From the NCBI RefSeq assembly GCF_003918875.1, contig NW_025767593.1, positions 248,001 through 312,000 on the forward strand: a stretch of 64,000 bases of DNA, given 5' to 3'. How positions within the stretch are numbered: the stretch's first letter is position 1; each line of letters starts with the position of its first letter. This document shows positions 59,560 through 64,000 of the stretch, piece after piece. Made by a program: the position numbers and the translations under genes. The DNA is from Haliotis rubra (taxonomy: Eukaryota). Under the pieces are notes generated by a model that was not told where the DNA came from, did not search any database, and was given only the letters and a program-made list of their open reading frames with translations.

Positions 59560-60448
59560 TGCAAAAACGTTTGTAGCTATATAACATTATTTAGAAGACA
59601 GCTGGAATTTGAAGCAGAATGCACGTAAAAAATGTGACAGTGCAGTGCAGTGACAATGAGTATAAAAGGTTAAACGTCGGTCAACATCTTGTCGTGCTTT
59701 TGTCGACTGAATGCAGACACTGATTGACAACATCGCCTCAGAACGTCTTGAAGCTGAGAGTCTGCAGTTGTACATCATATCATCATACACCAGAGCACTA
59801 TAGGTTGTCATTACACCGGTTCACCCCAATATCGATCAAGAACTGGTAGAGCAAGTGTAACAAGATCGTTACATCCGGGTCCTTTATTGACGTCATCGAC
59901 ATGATACTGCCACTGAGACTGCAGCACGTGCTTGGTTCGGGGGCATCTGAACAAATAATTCGGAATCGTCAGCCAGAGGTGGAACCAAGGCCCGGAAGAC
60001 TGGTATTTGTCCTGTACTGAGACGTTTGCATCGTCGACATCATATGCGATGGAGCAACGCCGTACATGCATGGGCTGTGAGAAACTGGCAGCGAATCTGC
60101 TCCCCGAATGACAGCCTCTCTATGTGTCTCTGACCTACACCAAACTGCGTTCAATAAGTCGACATCACAGAATTGTGATGGTGTGGACCTCCACACGGAG
60201 ATCTGACTTGGTAGTTCTTGGGAATCAGACAGCAACTTGGTACTGCGGCCAAATTCTTCCTCGTCACCTTATTCCGTTTATCTACCGACAGAGGGTGTTG
60301 TCCCAGCATGACAACGCTACAAAACGCAACTTGGTTTGTTGTTGACTCCAGACATAAGTCTCTTGCCATGGCCATCAAGATCTCCGAATCTGAACCCTAT
60401 TTAGCATCTGTGGGATGAACTCGATAGACGTGTCCGTCGACGTCGTCA
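59560..60448 (+). mobile_element. Tc1 transposase remnant, continuing at ~61715-61830 after an insertion
   Basis: QHDNA...WPSRSPNLNPI*HLWDELDRRVR before the break and EW...KIPTLIQYMPR after it. Confidence 0.75.
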
Positions 60449-61714
60449 GGCCACCCTTGTTTAATAACTTGGCAAGTTATTTTACTTGGATTACGGACCC
60501 GCCTACCCTAAATTTCTGGTAATTAAAACAACTTTGGAAATTGTCGATTTTTCACCGCCGACTGTACAAAATATTTCTTATTATTCTGCAAACATTGCTC
60601 GGAAGGGTAAAAAAATGGAAAAAAATAATGGCATATTTTGCAATGTTTACCCTGTTTAGAAAATATTCACTAATGGCTTTCGCGGTCGTTATCGAAGTTG
60701 TGGTAAGCAAATAAGAGTTACCCGCCCCTGACTACAGCTCCCTCTAAGCGTCGTCTGCAAAAGGCGGGTACGAAACACGGTGGGAATCTGACAGGTTTTG
60801 ATTTTGATGCACGTTTGTCGTTGACGACATGTCAGAAACATTTTGCTTTTGCATAGACTGCGGCAGAAATGTGAATAAGAAGGATTTAGATGTACATGTA
60901 GCAGACATAAGACTTTCTATAGGCAACTTCTTGAACCAAGAAAACATCGTTCATGATTCGGAGGTCATCTTGTTGGCCTTCGGGTCTTCAAGTGAAAATT
61001 CAAGAGAAGATCTATCCATCGACAGACTCCGTGATCTTTCAAGTCACTTATTGACTTAAGCAACAGGCGTTACATACACATACGTGTGAAGGATGCAAAC
61101 GCCGCTGCCGACGATAATGTCTGGCAGACCGTCTGGCCCCGTCTTAGAAACCACCACCGAGAAATGTATTTAACATGATCGACTGCCTGAATACAGAATT
61201 TTCATGCATTTTCACGCAGGAATGTTTTCGTAAATTTTTGTAGAATTGTAACATTATTAATTTAACGTGAAGTTTTACTTAAATATTTCGTATGCAACCT
61301 AGCCGAGACTAAATTGAACAACATTCTTCAAGTTTAACGACAGTAGTTGTATTTCAGAAATAGATCATTAATTATTAAATCATAACTCCCAAATTTTACA
61401 AAATTACAGTTCTTCAACCTTTGTTATATATCTATATCTGGATTAACTAAATCAAGATTTATATTTATATTTTATCGTCGATATAGGAAGTTGTGACCCA
61501 AACAAAATATATTTTTTGTTTAATCTTTGTTCAAGTATTTCCATTAAATTCCTCAATAAATCTAATCTATTAAACCGTACTTTCAAACTCATTTGTACAA
61601 AAACTGAATAAAAAACATCTTGACTGACTTATCAGTGTGTTTTTCCCTCCCTCCTCCGACTCTGCATTTCAGTTGAAAAAAATCCGTAATCCGAGTTATG
61701 TAAAAAGGGTGGTC
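60449..61714. mobile_element. Non-autonomous TIR element with 3-bp TCA TSD (Harbinger- or Zator-like), nested in Tc1
   Basis: Termini GGCCACCCTT...GGATTACGGA and TCCGTAATCC...AAGGGTGGTC. TCA at 60446-60448 and 61715-61717. Confidence 0.7.
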
Positions 61715-62391
61715 TCACACGCCACGGAGAATGGTCCAAGTGGTCAACGAGTGGCAGGGGGAATTCCATAAGACAAAATCCCAACACTTATTCAGTATAT
61801 GCCAAGGAGCAGTGAACACCGATAAGGGTTATGTCTCCTGAACACGTGATGTTCACCAAGTTTCATCCTTGTTTCCATAACATTCTTGTATAAATTTGAA
61901 CAGTGTATAAACTTCGAAAATGTCAATCTTTACCAAGGTGTGTCCCTACAGTGGAAAGAAACCCCTGCCACATAAATAGTCACAAAACCTTTCCACACCC
62001 AGAAGAAATCTTTGCTACAAGCAGAGTCGATGTACAATTGTGACTATATCCTGAACATCCTTGTTTCAGCAACATTACAGCGTAACGATGTTGTTTGTAA
62101 ACAACTCGAATCTGGACCAGGCACAAACATGGCCTAAATGTTTAGACTGTACATGTTTGTGATATATGTGTCAACCTAAATATGGTGTAACAATGAAGGC
62201 ACTGAAGCGTTCACAATACTGGTTCATAAGGTGTCTGTGTGTTTTCCCAGCGTCTAGGTTCCCGACTGACGGGTCGACCTGGTGGCTGTGGTATATGATA
62301 CCGATGTGGTGTTTACCGTATTTCCCTTTCATGTGTGACAATTTGTTACATGCCAATGATGATTTGTCTATCTTACAGCTCACATACCAGT

Positions 62392-63990
62392 AGGATATAG
62401 CTCAGATACTTGAAGGATATAGCTGATATACTTGAAGGATAAAGCTGAGATACTTGAAGGATATAGCTAATATACTTGAAGGATATAGCTGATATACTTG
62501 ATGGATATAGCTGATATACTTGAAGGAAATAGCTGAGATATATGAAGGATATAGTTGAGATATTTGAAGGATATTGCTGATATACTTGAAGGATGTAGAT
62601 TAGATACTTGAAGGCTATAGCTGAGATACTTGAAGGATATAGCTGAGATACTTGAAGGATAAAGCTGATATACGTGAAGGATATAGCTGATATACTTGAA
62701 GGATATAGCTGAGATACTTGAAGGATATAGCTGATGTACTTGAAGGATATAGCTGATATACTTGAAGGATATAGCTGATATACTTGAAGGAAATAGCTGA
62801 TATACTTGAAGGATGTAGATTAGATACTTGAAGGATATAGCTGATATACTTGAAGGATATAGCTGAGATATTTGAAGGATATAGCTGAGATACTTGAAGG
62901 ATATAGCTGATATACTTGAAGAATATAACTGATATACTTGAAGGATATAGATGAGATATTTGAAGGACATAGCTGAGATATTGGAAGAATATAGCTGAGA
63001 TATTTGAAGGGTATAGCTGATATACTTGAAGGATATAGCTGAGATATTTGAAGGAAATAGCTGAGATATTTGAAGGATATAGCTGATATATTTGAAGGTT
63101 ATAGCTAAGATATTTGAAGGATATAGCTGATATACTTGAAAGATGTAGATAAGATACTTGAAGGATATAGCTGATATACTCGAAGGATATAGCTGAGATA
63201 TTTGAAGGATATAGCTGATATACTTGAAGAATATAACTGATATACTTGAAGGAAATAGCTGATATACTTGAAGGATGTAGATTAGATACTTGAAGGATAT
63301 AGCTGATATACTTGAAGAATATAACTGATATACTTGAAGGATATAGATGAGATATTTGAAGGATATAGCTGAGATATTTGAAGGATATAGCTGATATACT
63401 TGAAGGAAATAGCTGAGATATTTGAAGGTTATAGTTAAGATATTTGAAGGATATAGCTGATATTCTTGAAGGATGTAGATAAGATACTTGAAGGATATAG
63501 CTGATATACTTGAAGGATGTAGATTAGATACTTGAAGTATATAGCTGATATACTAGAAGGAAATAGCTGAGATATTTGAAGGATACAGCTGAGATACTTG
63601 AAGGATATAGCTGATAAACTTGAAGAATACAACTGATATACTTGAAGGATATAGCTGAGATATTTGAAGAATGTAGCTGAGATGTTTGAAGGGTATAGCT
63701 GATATACATGAAGGATATAGCTGAGATATTTGAAGGAAATAGCTGAGATATTTGAAGGGTATAGCTAAGATATTTGAAGGATATAGCTGATATTCTTGAA
63801 GGATGTAGATAAGATACTTTAAGGATATAGCTGAGATACTTGAAGGATATAGCTGAGATATTTGAAGGATATAGCTGAGATATTTGAAGAGTATAGATGA
63901 TATACTTGAAGGGTATAGCTGAAATACGCGTGCGAGACAATTAGGATACATGTAGGATATAGATGAGATACGTGCAGTACATAGCTGAGA
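62392..63990 (+). repeat. 22-bp minisatellite (GAAGGATATAGCTGAKATAYTT)n, ~70 units
   Basis: Direct tandem repeat. Confidence 0.97.
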
Positions 63991-64000
63991 TACGTGCGGC

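Noticed and set aside
62467-63951. SISAISFKY-repeat ORFs
   Set aside because: They are translations of the 22-bp minisatellite.

Overview
Repeat-rich animal DNA, most likely a gastropod such as abalone (Haliotis). That assignment rests on my recollection of the (ACTC)n-tailed SINE families and was not checked by search. The main content is a tandem array of five intact, intronless, minus-strand arylsulfatase B-like genes (481-482 aa each). All have signal peptides, the CSPSR formylglycine motif and the full set of catalytic residues. Their differences cluster in a few short loops and are shared between copies in a mosaic pattern, and they share a GATA/E-box upstream module. Left of the array are the last three exons of a plus-strand SLC5 (SMCT/SMVT-like) symporter. 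A deleted Polinton/adintovirus-like PolB+integrase remnant follows the SLC5 stop codon, and an identical orphan copy of one SLC5 exon lies beyond sulfatase 1. The spacers hold a full-length but frameshifted ~6 kb RNase H-bearing LINE with a 14-bp TSD and two SINE families that share that LINE's 3' stem-loop. One of these families has a pseudoknot-like head instead of a tRNA head. Also present are R4/Dong, L1/Tx1, DIRS, Tc1 and other TIR-element remnants and eight minisatellite arrays of seven unit types. Coordinates of degenerate elements are approximate and were read by eye.
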